A stretch of 62,913 bases of DNA, counting the filler, from Globobulimina sp. (lineage: Eukaryota), in assembly GCA_003354225.1 (NCBI GenBank). It is 37 parts of 37 records of this genome, joined end to end, with 100 filler letters (N's around TTAATTAATTAA, not from the genome) between each part and the next. Parts side by side here need not be neighbours in the genome. Positions count along the whole stretch, not along the records: positions 1 to 1,604 come from PIVH01014224.1; positions 1,705 to 3,308 come from PIVH01014225.1; positions 3,409 to 5,012 come from PIVH01014226.1; positions 5,113 to 6,716 come from PIVH01014227.1; positions 6,817 to 8,420 come from PIVH01014228.1; positions 8,521 to 10,124 come from PIVH01014229.1; positions 10,225 to 11,828 come from PIVH01014230.1; 30 more parts are not named here. One strand, given 5' to 3'. Under the pieces are notes generated by a model. That model searched no databases. It was not told the origin of the DNA and worked only from the letters and a program-made list of their open reading frames with translations. The translations under genes and the position numbers were made by a program. Positions 1-11,928 of the stretch are shown one piece after another. The stretch's first letter is position 1. Every line of letters begins with the position of its first letter.

Positions 1-1
1 A

Positions 2-1486
2 CACAATCATAATTATATATCATCGAACCGTGCTAAAACCCCGCAACTAATCGATGATGAGGATGAAGATGATTTGAAATCGCATCGTAGTTTAAAACAA
101 AACAATAACAAAAATGCAATCAATCACAACAAAAATGGTATGCACATTTAAAACTGATGTATATTGCTAAAGTTTCTCTCTTTTTATTGCTTTATACACT
201 ACAAAATGTGCTAGATTTTTTTACAAACTTTTTTTTGTTTTGTTCCAGGAATAATTATCGACACAACTACCAATCACGGATTTAATTTCAATATAAATCC
301 AATACCAACTCCAACAAACCAACCATCCGAAATCCCATCCATTCCCCATCCAAAACCACCACCTCACCGCAGCGATAAAGTCGAAATAGATGCATCAGAC
401 TCAGACAATGAGACCGAAGTAACACCAGAAATATCACGCAAACCAAGTTAAAAAACCGCATCCGTCAATATTTGTATATTAATATCCTTGCACTTATAAT
501 TATAACTAGTTTCGAGCCCAAATAGGTACAATTCGCTGCGATGGGGAAATTGCGTTCGTTCCCCTTTTAAGCAACGCATCAATACAATAGAGAGAGACCG
601 CAAATTATCTGATTACAGGAACGAATTACATTATTTTAAGCAGACTGAGCAGTCATTAAAAATCAGCGAATGGTTCAATAATAGAAACACAATGGATTTA
701 TTGCAAGAAATCCAAAAATATAAATCGGATTTATTGAACAAAATCGATGCTTTAAACGAGATATCCGATGGGAAACAGTGGTATCCAATGATGCATTTTA
801 ATGATTTAAACAGCAAATTTACGCCCGATATCTATAGATTTGAACCAAAACAATACGACATATATTTGAGAAAATTGAATGAAAATATATTACGCTATCG
901 GGTCAATCAAGAAATGATATTAAACGAAGCGGACCGGAAACGGACAGAACATACAAATGAGTCCATGTGGGAACATTTATTGACGCAATGTGATAATATC
1001 AAGCAAAGCGTGGGTAATATCGATGTGTTTTATCATAAGGGGAGCTATGAAAATAACAGAGATCTGTGGAAGTTCAAGAATAATAAACAAAGACAAGAAT
1101 ATGGCAATGCATTGGTGGACACATTGACTTGGTACAATACGCACGATAATAAGTCATTTAATGATGATAAAATCGGTGTGATTTGTTTTGAGAAAGTGGA
1201 TGATTCGAATGGATCGTTTGGATATAGGGCACAGTTTAAGCGGATGGGAGTGAGTGAATATATGCGGTATAAACAGAGATTTGCGCAAGAGATGAATGAT
1301 TATTATAATGTTGATATAGAGACTAATGAGCATGGTCGCAATCCAGTGTATAACCGAGTGATTAAAATGAGATTTAAGGAGGATAGGAATAGAAATAGGA
1401 AAAGGAAATTGGATGTTTATGATGTTGGACAAGAACCGATGGCAAAGAGACAAAGGAAAGACACACCAATTTATCACAGCAAATAA
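2..1486 (+). CDS. Partial multi-exon hypothetical protein with basic, NLS-like C-terminus
   Basis: GT-AG intron 138-248 keeps frame. A second probable intron runs 474-509 or 474-525. ORF 692-1486 is open back to 506. Joining everything needs one frameshift or read-through of TAA 449-451, so two genes are also possible. Confidence 0.5.
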
Positions 1487-1604
1487 TAAATTAAAAACAG
1501 CGATTATTTGTCATTGCAATGGGAAAAGTAAGCCATGTACAAAATGCGCAATAATGGCATTAACAAAGCAAAGAATGGCACAAAATAGATCCAAGGGAAC
1601 CAAA

Positions 1605-1704
1605 NNNNNNNNNNNNNNNNNNNNNNNNNNNNNNNNNNNNNNNNNNNNTTAATTAATTAANNNNNNNNNNNNNNNNNNNNNNNNNNNNNNNNNNNNNNNN
1701 NNNN
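1605..1704. other. Artificial contig linker N44-TTAATTAATTAA-N44 (first of 36; last at 61212-61311)
   Basis: Identical 100-bp spacer about every 1.7 kb, with stops in all six frames; contig lengths fall monotonically from 1604 to 1602 bp. Confidence 0.99.
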
Positions 1705-1932
1705 TGTCTACAAGTCATGAAATGTTGTAGAATTCTACAAGTTGGGACAACGCCTTTCAGATATTCGGAACACAAACCAAAATATACTTTATAATTATAT
1801 ATATTTACATATGTTATGTATACTTTAGTCTTTAGAATAGGACCTGTTTGAAACATTTGTAATGCCATAGGATTTTAAATTGTTCAAACACGTATATATT
1901 CTAAAGTATTAGAAGTACATCAAATCAGTGAG

Positions 1933-3285
1933 TTATACTATTTTTTTCACTTCAATTTGCTTGTTTTGTGGATTAATTATCAATCCATGATTGAATAATT
2001 CATTATTTCCGTGTTTCTCATTAATATTTGATAACATTTCAAATACGTTTTCCTTCGTTTTGGATGATACATCGTTCAAAACAAATCTGTTATTGTTTTT
2101 GTGAATAGTATCAAATGATAATTTGAATAAATTCTTTTCTGGCAATGTAATGACACTGTTCCGTATCCACTTTAATATCTCATATACCATTTTAATACAT
2201 TTACTGGTAATCACAGGAAACATTTTTTCAATGTCTTGTGTAAATAAAATTTTTGCTTGCTTTATAATCCCTCGTTGATGCAATGCAATAACAACACAAT
2301 GAACCCCACCAAATATACATTGAGTCCAGTACTGAAGTAATTTGTTAACTTTATTTGTTTTCCATGATTGTATGTTACAACATTTTATTTCAATGCGTTT
2401 ATTACCCAAAACCGCATCCATCTCACCTGCTGCTAAAATTTGTATATCTTTAATTTGCAATTTATTCAATGCTCTTATTTCGTTTCTATTCATGCATTTT
2501 TGTGTATAATCCATTGCTGCAAATTCAATGCGTTTATTATTTGATAGAGTTTCTAATGTATGTTCCAATAAAAATCCATACGCACAATTTTTTGTAAACC
2601 ACGGTTCGTCACTGTCTTGATCAAATTCAATAATATTTTCAAGAAAAATATCATTTCCATTTCGATGAACACCAATATTAACACCACATTTATTATATAT
2701 TTTTAAGTGTGTCAATTTAAATAAAACGACGTTTGCTATCTCTCGCAAATTATGACGATATGTTATAAATCGCACGGGTTGCACGGCTGTACATGATTCT
2801 TTATCTTGATTTAATAATATTTTGTATATTTCATAACAAAAAGGATCGATTCTCGTCGTATTCCAATATTGTTTTGCTGGCGTTGCTTGCTTTAAATTGT
2901 AAGTTTGCTGACTCGAATAATGGATTAGTATTTCATTTAAATTAATATTAATTAATGATTGAATACTTTCTAATGTGATGCGCATCGGCTTTATTTTATC
3001 ATTAAATTCTAATAATTTATTTGCTGGATCAGTATGATAATAAATAATATGCATATCTTTTTTTACGTAACAATGCAATCTTTTTTTACGTAACAATCTT
3101 TTTGTATCAAATTGTGAAATAACTGTCCTTTTCTTTTTGTTTGTTGTGTGACTGGTATCACTTTTTGTTTTTGTTTTTTTTGCAAGAAACATTAATTGAT
3201 TTGTATGTTTGCGTTGACAGTGTGTACATTTATATGCATTTTGTTTCATTTTTTTGAGCATCACAGACTTTCCTAAATGACTCAA
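1933..3285 (-). CDS. DXO/Rai1/Dom3Z-family decapping exoribonuclease-like protein
   Basis: Ordered family motifs FITYRHNL, YGFLLE, LAAGEMD, IEIK and KLLQYWTQCIFGGV; start codon uncertain. Confidence 0.8.
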   Translation of the reverse strand: MSHLGKSVMLKKMKQNAYKCTHCQRKHTNQLMFLAKKTKTKSDTSHTTNKKKRTVISQFDTKRLLRKKRLHCYVKKDMHIIYYHTDPANKLLEFNDKIKPMRITLESIQSLININLNEILIHYSSQQTYNLKQATPAKQYWNTTRIDPFCYEIYKILLNQDKESCTAVQPVRFITYRHNLREIANVVLFKLTHLKIYNKCGVNIGVHRNGNDIFLENIIEFDQDSDEPWFTKNCAYGFLLEHTLETLSNNKRIEFAAMDYTQKCMNRNEIRALNKLQIKDIQILAAGEMDAVLGNKRIEIKCCNIQSWKTNKVNKLLQYWTQCIFGGVHCVVIALHQRGIIKQAKILFTQDIEKMFPVITSKCIKMVYEILKWIRNSVITLPEKNLFKLSFDTIHKNNNRFVLNDVSSKTKENVFEMLSNINEKHGNNELFNHGLIINPQNKQIEVKKIV

Positions 3286-3408
3286 AATAATTTCAAATAT
3301 TTCGCCCGNNNNNNNNNNNNNNNNNNNNNNNNNNNNNNNNNNNNNNNNNNNNTTAATTAATTAANNNNNNNNNNNNNNNNNNNNNNNNNNNNNNNNNNNN
3401 NNNNNNNN

Positions 3409-4468
3409 GCTCGCTGATAATTGTCATATAAATATCTACGAATTGAGGTCAAGCCATCACCACTTTGCATTCGCTCCATGTTCAACGCATAAAATTGGTA
3501 TAAACGCGAAGATAATAAATCAGAGGTTCGACGATTCGCCGATACACAAAAATTTATTAAATTATCTAATATTTCTAGACTCGATTCATATGACGACATA
3601 TCATATAATTCCAATGCGATTAATAATTTTAAAAATATATACGTTTCTGGATAGAATTTCCTTTTATTGCGTCTGTCCTTAAGTGGTATTAATGTTATTT
3701 TTATGTCTTTAAATTCTTCCTCGTTATCTTGGCCCTCATTATCATTATCTACGTCCATTGCATTCATTGCATCATTATCAACTTCCATTTTATCCTTATC
3801 CTTATCCTTATTCTCATCCTCATCCTCATCCTCCTTCACAATACCTTTTTTTTTCTCTCTTTTGGCATTAAATAAAATAAAATAAAATAAAATAAATTGT
3901 TAATGGAGTGCAAGGATAAAAAGTACATAAAAAAAAAATAATTTACAAACCTTTCAAGACGTTCTTTTTTTAACTGTTGCTGTTTTTTTTTATTCTCAAT
4001 TTTGGCCAATTTTTCCTTTTCGGCAATAAATGCCATCAAAGTAGCAAATACGTCATTGTTATTTTGATTTAATTTATTCTGTACGTCATGGAGTGATACG
4101 GCCGCCAAATTGGAGATTAATGCTATTTCTTGTTGGGCTAAATCAGGGATAAATGATTGCAATAAATCTTTAAATTCTTGTTTGTAATTTTTTGGAATGA
4201 TTGTATGGAGGATACGACACCATGTGGTATGCGGTAACCTCTTACGGAATCGATTTATATTTCTTGTGCCGCGACCCAATGCCGATAAATCTCCTTCGAC
4301 GCCTTTTTCCAATTTATCCAATGTTTTCAATATTTCAATCCATAAAAGATCTTCTGGTTCAAGTTCATTCATATTTTTTTTAATCTCATTGTCACGCTCT
4401 GACTCCTTCGTATCCTCTTTTTTCTCTTTTTCGTCTGTCTTCACATCAACAACATTCATTGATGACAT
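3409..4468 (-). CDS. RPN3: 26S proteasome lid subunit Rpn3/PSMD3, N-terminal part, 2 exons
   Basis: PETYIFLKLL and NRRTSDLLSSRLYQFY match Rpn3. Intron 3859-3950 (GTTTGT..AAAG) joins LER|EKKKGIVKEDE in frame. Confidence 0.85.
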
Positions 4469-5280
4469 TTAATAGCTGATAGCTCCGAGATAAGATTGCT
4501 GTTACTAGCTACACGCGACGTGTGGCAAAGATGAGATGATTGGTATTTCAGTAACAAAGTTGAAAACTCTGATACATCAAATTTGGTTCGATCCTAAAAC
4601 CATTCTTTCGTCACAAAGATCAATATCATTATCCCTTAATAAAGAAATAAATATCGATATTTTACATAAATATTAAACAATGTACGTAACAAAAATAAAA
4701 ATAAAAATAACATATTGGTTTCAATCACATATTCACATATCACACAGAAACGAAATCTCACAAAGCACGCCACAAAGACAATAATGTTTAACTTAGACAC
4801 AAAGGCAATCAATCACAATATCACATTAATCAATCACAAGTGACAAATAATTACAATATACACATTTAGCTATAATTTAAGTCATGACATTTTATTTATT
4901 TGCATGAATTAAATTACATTGCCCGGGATGAGCCGCGTGGAGGCAGTGTATGTACAAATTCATCCCATGACCCTCTGGTAATCAGTCGCAAGTATTCCGT
5001 CCTTGCGTCTCTNNNNNNNNNNNNNNNNNNNNNNNNNNNNNNNNNNNNNNNNNNNNTTAATTAATTAANNNNNNNNNNNNNNNNNNNNNNNNNNNNNNNN
5101 NNNNNNNNNNNNGATAACATGTATGAGTTGCAAATTTTCAGATATACGACCACTCATGATCGATAGAAAAACCAATAATGATTGAGAAGGGGGCAAAAAG
5201 TCTTTTATATACAATTTTATTCCCACCACCACATATTATATTCACGACAATTTACAACTGACAGTTGATATACAAACAGA

Positions 5281-6520
5281 TTACAAGTCTTTTTGGGTTA
5301 CATTAGTATTTTTATCAATGTATACACAACTACGAAATTCAGCGATTACAAGTCCATTCAATGATTCAGTGACATTGTTCTTAAAACGTACTTCTACACT
5401 AATACTGCCATCTGATGGCATTGCCAGATTACTCATATCAGCACTCAAGTCGACCCCAAAGATCGTATTGGGCCCGGCAAAGGAGGAGTATGGAACCGGA
5501 CATTTAGCTTGTGGGTTGCCAAGCAACCGCAACGCACGCAGCAATCCTATGTATGACATGACATAATCATCTTTCTCAAAATCAGGAGTAAAGGCATTAA
5601 AAGCCGTCGGTACATTATCAACAAAAAATTGTACATAATTAATATTCAATCCTTTTCCATTAAAAACAAATGGATTATTATGAAAGCTACCACCTGAAAC
5701 ACTCAAAGAGGGACAGACTGCAAACAGTAGACGAGTTGGCATGGGTCCATTGTAGATATTTGGATGCTTGACACTCTGGCTTCCTGCTGGTATGAGGAAA
5801 TGACGTAGCTCCGTTCGCATGTAAGGATACACAGCTTCCTGTGAAGCCAGTCTGTGTTCTATCATGGATACAGTATGAGGGGCCACCTTTACTTTGCGAA
5901 TGAACAAAGTGGCACTGCGCATAACAATCTTGTATGTATCAGCTATGGTTTTATCAGTGATCAAACTAAATGCTGAAGAATTTCGATCCAGGCGAATTCT
6001 GACTGGTACATGAGGCATGAGCAGTTTACTGCAGTTGAAGAAACTGTTTTGCAAACGCCCGCACATTGTGACCAATCTACTTCCTTCAATCATCTCATGA
6101 CGCCAAACAGGGAATGATGGGTCTTTTTCGTCATGCAGAACAAATTCCTCTGCGAATCCTATGGTATCTCTCAGTGCTCCAGATTTGAAATCGTCTCCAT
6201 AGTTGAGGAGATTGCGTAGATAAGCCAATTGTGGATGGTTAGCCGTTTCGCTACCTATGGCCACATCACCCAGTGAAATCAAGATTCTTGAAAAGAGTGA
6301 ATCAAAGAACCCTGCTACTGGTACCACCTAAAATGCTCGTTATTGCAAAAGTCAATATAATGGGGTAATTTTACCTTTTCCTTGTCAGTTTCGTCTATTT
6401 CTGTACCATTGCTTCTGTATACTTGCAACTGTACTTTGAGGTAAGCGTTGGCCATGTCAGTGAAATGTTCTCTGTTGACTGGCAGAGTGAACTGAATTGG
6501 GCCGTCATCTGTCAATGCCC
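5281..6520 (-). mobile_element. Polinton/Maverick (adintovirus-type) major capsid protein gene with a 47-nt intron
   Basis: Motifs DGPIQF, DMANAYLKVQL, FFDSLFS, LRNLLNYG, KLLMPHVPVRIRLDR, ATLFIRKVKV, FGVDLSAD and GSISVEVRF. Intron 6328-6374 joins DKEK|VVPVAGFFDS. True 5' end uncertain. Confidence 0.85.
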
Positions 6521-7201
6521 AATGATCGCCATCAGCTACAGTCACCCAGCCTCGCGATTTCATTTCACTGAGACTGCGGTCAACCCCACCATGACCCTCA
6601 GCCATCACACGGATTGTAGCGATAGAGTGAGCGTGGGTAGGGGCTTCGTGCTGCATCGCAAGATGATAGAGATCCTCCAGAACAGCGCGTAGTTGCAGTT
6701 TGCCCCTATTTTGGTGNNNNNNNNNNNNNNNNNNNNNNNNNNNNNNNNNNNNNNNNNNNNTTAATTAATTAANNNNNNNNNNNNNNNNNNNNNNNNNNNN
6801 NNNNNNNNNNNNNNNNGACGGATATTGCAAGGAATGCAAAGGACGTGGTCGATTTGAAAAATAGTACAGCTGTTCAAGTTTTAAATATAATAACTATGGA
6901 TCACAAAAGGAATACAGGTGTTGACGATGACAGTTCTGTTAGTTGTGAAATGACGGAAATCGACAAGGAACCTGCTGACAATCAATAAATAAAAGAACAA
7001 GAAAATAAATAAGAGATGGGGTTTGCCCATGAATGTCACACATGTTGATTTTTTTATATTTATGCTCTTTTGCGTTCAACGATGTGTTCCGATATTTTAT
7101 ATTTCATTTATTCAAGGAGCGATATAAAAATAACGGTATTCCTTCAAAAACCACAAACCATGGCACAATTTCAAAATTTTCTAAAGTATTTAAACTGAAT
7201 C

Positions 7202-8212
7202 ATGGCATTCCTTTCGAAGTTAACTAAATGTATTATTATTATTATGATTTTAAACATTCTATCAATGAGTACCTGCAGTAACATGAGCCAAGTAACAGAT
7301 GATTTATTAAGTCAAATCTATCAATGGTTACCATCCGATGAATTAGTAAACATATATTTAAATCATGGAAACATTCGTTTCAGAAAAGCGGCAGAGTCTG
7401 AAATGAAACAAAGAGATTTAGGAACAGCAAATAGATTACGCTCACACGATTACGAACGATTAATATTTGCATTTATTAGAGAAGAAAAAGAAAATGGTAC
7501 AATTGCACGCGCCGAAAAAGCATTAAATTTTGATCAGAATTTCAAAAAACAAATCAAAACAACATGTTCAAACGTTATTTCTTCAATGCTTAGAGCAATA
7601 ATACAACATCAGTGGTATCTCAGTGTGGCTCAAGCTTTAACTTTAAACAATAAATGGTATTTAAATCGAGAGGTGTTACAATATTTGGAATTTGCTGATC
7701 ATGCAATTAAAATGCCTGGGCCAGGCTTTGCAGCATTCTCTGACGTTGATTTAAACGGTAATAATTTAGATTCATTACAAAAGTTTTCATTTGGTGGTAG
7801 TATGGACTGTCTATCAATTGCCGATAATAAGTTTACAAGGTTAGATCATGAAACATGTGGTATGCCATTCGCTGTGAAGTATGTTGATGTTTCTAATAAT
7901 CCAATTCAAGGAGTTATTGATTTCATTGCATGTAATTCTACTCTCACAATGCTAAAGTTCTTTAATATGAAAGGCTGCAAATATGTAACAAGACTGGTAA
8001 ACATACCCAATACATTACAGATTCTTAACATTGTTGATTCAGGGATTACATCGCCAGATCAATTAGAATTTGAGAATGGAATTGGATTGAAAGCTATTAC
8101 AACCAATCGTAATCAAATAAAACAGTTTCAAACGTTTTTCCATCAAAATAGCAAACATAATGGTATAACAGTGCGGGTTGATAATGATATATATAGTATA
8201 TACAAGTTCTGA
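7202..8212 (+). CDS. Leucine-rich-repeat protein with F-box-like segment and hydrophobic N-terminus
   Basis: DDLLSQIYQWLP is F-box-like. LRR units are VDLNGNNL, LSIADNKF, VDVSNNPI, FNMKGC and LNIVDSGI. Confidence 0.55.
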   Translation: MAFLSKLTKCIIIIMILNILSMSTCSNMSQVTDDLLSQIYQWLPSDELVNIYLNHGNIRFRKAAESEMKQRDLGTANRLRSHDYERLIFAFIREEKENGTIARAEKALNFDQNFKKQIKTTCSNVISSMLRAIIQHQWYLSVAQALTLNNKWYLNREVLQYLEFADHAIKMPGPGFAAFSDVDLNGNNLDSLQKFSFGGSMDCLSIADNKFTRLDHETCGMPFAVKYVDVSNNPIQGVIDFIACNSTLTMLKFFNMKGCKYVTRLVNIPNTLQILNIVDSGITSPDQLEFENGIGLKAITTNRNQIKQFQTFFHQNSKHNGITVRVDNDIYSIYKF

Positions 8213-8746
8213 TGTAGTTCATATTTATCCTCCTGTGGGAAAAGAAGGAAAAGAAACGAAGTGTTCATCTGTATAAATTATTTTTGTTATACTTGTGCTA
8301 GTCTTATTTCATAATGTAACGTATTTACGACCGGAAAGAACCAAATTGTAGTTTGTTTTTGTTGTAAACGTCTGACTGTATTTTCAAATTATAATATATA
8401 AATAAAATAAATTATTTGATNNNNNNNNNNNNNNNNNNNNNNNNNNNNNNNNNNNNNNNNNNNNTTAATTAATTAANNNNNNNNNNNNNNNNNNNNNNNN
8501 NNNNNNNNNNNNNNNNNNNNACTGGAAATCACTGGAAAATTCGTTTACAAACAATCTTGCAAAATTTAGAGTAAATTAAATCATTGTGTTTTGTAAATTA
8601 ACTCATCGCTCATGATTTTAATGATGTAGTCACTGAAAAGTCAATACCTATGTGATATGTACATGTAATAGTTTTCTAGAAACATGCTATTTATTTTATT
8701 GCGTTTATGCGTATAATACAAAACAAAAAAAAAGAATAAATAATAA

Positions 8747-9898
8747 TTAATCATTGTTATCATTTAATTGATTGCCAACTTCTTTAATGGCCATCGCCAT
8801 TCTTCCAATGCCATTTTCTAAACCTTGATTTTGTCCAAAATTAACAATTTTCAATGAGTCGACATTCATTGCCCCATAAATATTTTCAACAGTTTGCAAA
8901 ATTAATTTCTTCATATTCGCATCGCCCATTTTCGAATCAATGTCATATCGATCCTGAATTTTCCTTAACTCCGCATCGTGTTTTAATTGTTGAGTCTTTA
9001 AATTATACTCAATTTTGCTTAAATCCACCGCTTGTTTTTGATGTTGGATTTCATAATTCATTTTACACTCTAATATGGCAGTTTTATTCTTCATTTCAAG
9101 GCTGGTTCTCTTAATCTCCTCCCGTTGTAACAACACTTTTTGTTCTGCTTTTTCTTGATTCAATTTCATTCGACTCCGTTCAATCTGCGCTTCCGTATCT
9201 TTCTCATTGCGCAACTTCGTGATTTTAAACTGAGTCAAAACCCTTTTTTCCTGCAAGTCGTGGTCTGTGTCAATACGTATTTTCTCGGCCATTTGGCGCG
9301 TCGAACTGCGAAAAGGTTGTTGTAAATCATTAAACAATGAGTTACTCAAAATCTTCACCTCCGTAATCTCCACCGTTTCCAACCATATTCCCCATCCACT
9401 TAATATGGCCTGCATGTCGCCGGTGATACGGTCCCTTACTTTCTTCCGTTGCGATATCACTTCATTAATGCTTAAGTTTGCAATTTGATGTCGAACTATT
9501 GACTCCGCCATGGATTTAATATGCATATTTACTTCAGAGTTTGGTTGTAAATCGGTCAAATCACTGATGTTTTTGTATGCTTTCAATGGATACTGCTCCT
9601 TGCGATTGACGACCCAAATGATAAAACCTGATAATTCTACGCCTTGCATCTCTTTCGAGACTTGTTGAGCTACGAAAGTCACTTTATTTAATAAGGAGGG
9701 GAATGTAACCACAGTCTCGTTCCAACCGCGAAATACTGAAATACCAATTCCACATTTTCCTAATTCGCCATCTTTAATCACCAATAACCATTCATTGGGT
9801 TGAGCCGATACAAAACGTGTTTTTAAATGGAAAGCTAAGATTGTCAATAAAATGACTAATACGGTTGTTATGGTAAAAGGGACGTACCACTCTGTCAT
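8747..9898 (-). CDS. SPFH/Band 7 (flotillin-like) membrane protein
   Basis: N-terminal TM, AQPNEWLLVIKDG, WGIWLETVEITEVKI, C-terminal coiled coil; complete 383-aa ORF. Confidence 0.85.
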   Translation of the reverse strand: MTEWYVPFTITTVLVILLTILAFHLKTRFVSAQPNEWLLVIKDGELGKCGIGISVFRGWNETVVTFPSLLNKVTFVAQQVSKEMQGVELSGFIIWVVNRKEQYPLKAYKNISDLTDLQPNSEVNMHIKSMAESIVRHQIANLSINEVISQRKKVRDRITGDMQAILSGWGIWLETVEITEVKILSNSLFNDLQQPFRSSTRQMAEKIRIDTDHDLQEKRVLTQFKITKLRNEKDTEAQIERSRMKLNQEKAEQKVLLQREEIKRTSLEMKNKTAILECKMNYEIQHQKQAVDLSKIEYNLKTQQLKHDAELRKIQDRYDIDSKMGDANMKKLILQTVENIYGAMNVDSLKIVNFGQNQGLENGIGRMAMAIKEVGNQLNDNND

Positions 9899-10224
9899 TG
9901 TTTCAGTCTACGGATCACTAGATTAACTACGAAGTTTTTGCAGTTTTTATTTGCGTTGTTTGCCAATATGTGGTTGCGCATACGCGAGCATGCACCTTGT
10001 ATACGTGCAAGGATAAAAATAGAAAGAGAGTAAAAAAGCAATTTTAGTAACAAAAAAATAACAATATTCAAATCAACAAAATTGCATACATATAAAATAT
10101 ACGAATTGTAAGGCTTTAAATAGTNNNNNNNNNNNNNNNNNNNNNNNNNNNNNNNNNNNNNNNNNNNNTTAATTAATTAANNNNNNNNNNNNNNNNNNNN
10201 NNNNNNNNNNNNNNNNNNNNNNNN

Positions 10225-10405
10225 CCGTCTCGGTTTCGAAATACCATCGGCAAATATATATTAAAAAGAAATGCCAAATGTGTGGCCTGTGGAAAATGCG
10301 CTGAGCTCTGCCCCCATGGTGTTCACATCATGCCGGAAAATCATGCTGCTCCGCACAGACCTGTTGAGCACAAATGTATAGGTCCTGACTGCAAAAAAAC
10401 AGACC
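10225..10405 (+). CDS. Bacterial 4Fe-4S ferredoxin-domain fragment (glutamate-synthase-related protein type), chimeric
   Basis: PSRFRNTIGKY..CVACGKCAELCPHGVH (CxxCxxCxxxCP)..CIGPDC, cut before the second cluster is complete; higher GC than its neighbour. Confidence 0.7.
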
Positions 10406-10422
10406 CCACCCTAATTTAAACC

Positions 10423-11262
10423 ATGTCTGCGTTATCTTCACTTGTTGGGATTATCCTCTTTAATATCATCATCATACTGAGCAATGACGATGAATACGAT
10501 GACCTTGACGCACACTACGAAGGTTGGAATGATCCAATGACACTTGGCTCATTAATGAAATTACGACATCAAAATAGCGGACATTTCCTACATTCGCATG
10601 AAATAAGTTGGGGCTCTGGCTCTCAGCAACAATCCGTCACTGCCTATCCAACTCTTGGTGATGGCAACTCATTATTTCAACTCTACGCAAGAATCGGCGA
10701 CACAAATTTCACGCATGCTTCTGCCATAAAGTGCGGTGAGATTATACGCTTAAAACATGTCAAAACAAGTCGATGGCTACACTCTCATTCAAGTCATCGC
10801 GCGCCGTTATCACATAAACAGGTTCCATGTACCTCCTTACCCCTTATCCCTTATCCTAGCACTCATATTTTGACACATAACACACTGAACAATGGATAGG
10901 AAGTGACATGTTTTGGCGATGAGAATAACAGCGACGAAGCTGATGATTGGAAAGTAATTTGCAATAAAAAAGCATCAAAGAATGCAGAAATAACCAATTG
11001 GTGGAGAAGGGGCGAATCGTTTTCATTGCAACATGTCGTGACTAAACACTATTTATTTACATCTAAAAAATCCGAATTCAATGATAATAACTGCAGAGGA
11101 TGTCCAATCTTGGGACAATTTGAGGTGAGTGCCTCTGAAAAAAAAGTGAAAGGCGCGAGGTGGATTACATCGCATGGCTTTTATTTCCGACCTTTTGATT
11201 TTGAGGATTATCCTGAAAAATATTTAACTGATGACACGGATCAAATAAAAAAGGAGTTATAA
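10423..11262 (+). CDS. SDF2: SDF2-like ER MIR-domain protein, 2 exons
   Basis: Signal peptide, LHSHEISWGSGSQQQSVT, IRLKHVKTSRWLHSH. Intron 10822-10899 gives PLSHKQ|EVTCFG. C-terminal KKEL. Confidence 0.9.
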
Positions 11263-11374
11263 CTCACTTTTAATGACATAGATTTGACATCGCTTGTTAA
11301 CACCTGATGAGTTGCACAGTTCACCCAAAAAGATTATAGAAAACTTGAGTTGCGTTCATATCAAAATAGCAACA

Positions 11375-11828
11375 ATGAACTCCAACTGGTCACATTTAAA
11401 ACGCAAACTCGATGACGACAAAGAAAAGAAGTCCAATCGCTACAAACGGCGGCGATTAACACCTCCAGAAAATCCGAAATCGTCAAATCATAATGCACCT
11501 AAACCCCAAACCAATACCCATTCCAAACCATCCATGACCAAATATTTAAACTCATCATCAAATACCAACACCAAATCCTTACACACCAAGTTGACCCAAA
11601 CAGACACATATCGCCAAAAAACACCTCGAAAACAATTATTCGAAAGCATCAATTTGTTCCCACCGCCATCCACCGACAACAACAATGAACAACGAAAGGC
11701 CTTTTGGCATGACCTCCGCTTGAAATTACGGGCTCGTTTACCCAAAGCATTTTTTCTACCAGACATCACAGATTTGAAATCAACCAAGTTAACTTTTCGG
11801 GGCTTAAAGCCAAAACCACGCAGATGCT
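11375..11828 (+). CDS. Hypothetical basic low-complexity protein, 5' fragment
   Basis: Open frame to contig end; NLS-like KRRR. Confidence 0.4.
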
Positions 11829-11928
11829 NNNNNNNNNNNNNNNNNNNNNNNNNNNNNNNNNNNNNNNNNNNNTTAATTAATTAANNNNNNNNNNNNNNNN
11901 NNNNNNNNNNNNNNNNNNNNNNNNNNNN

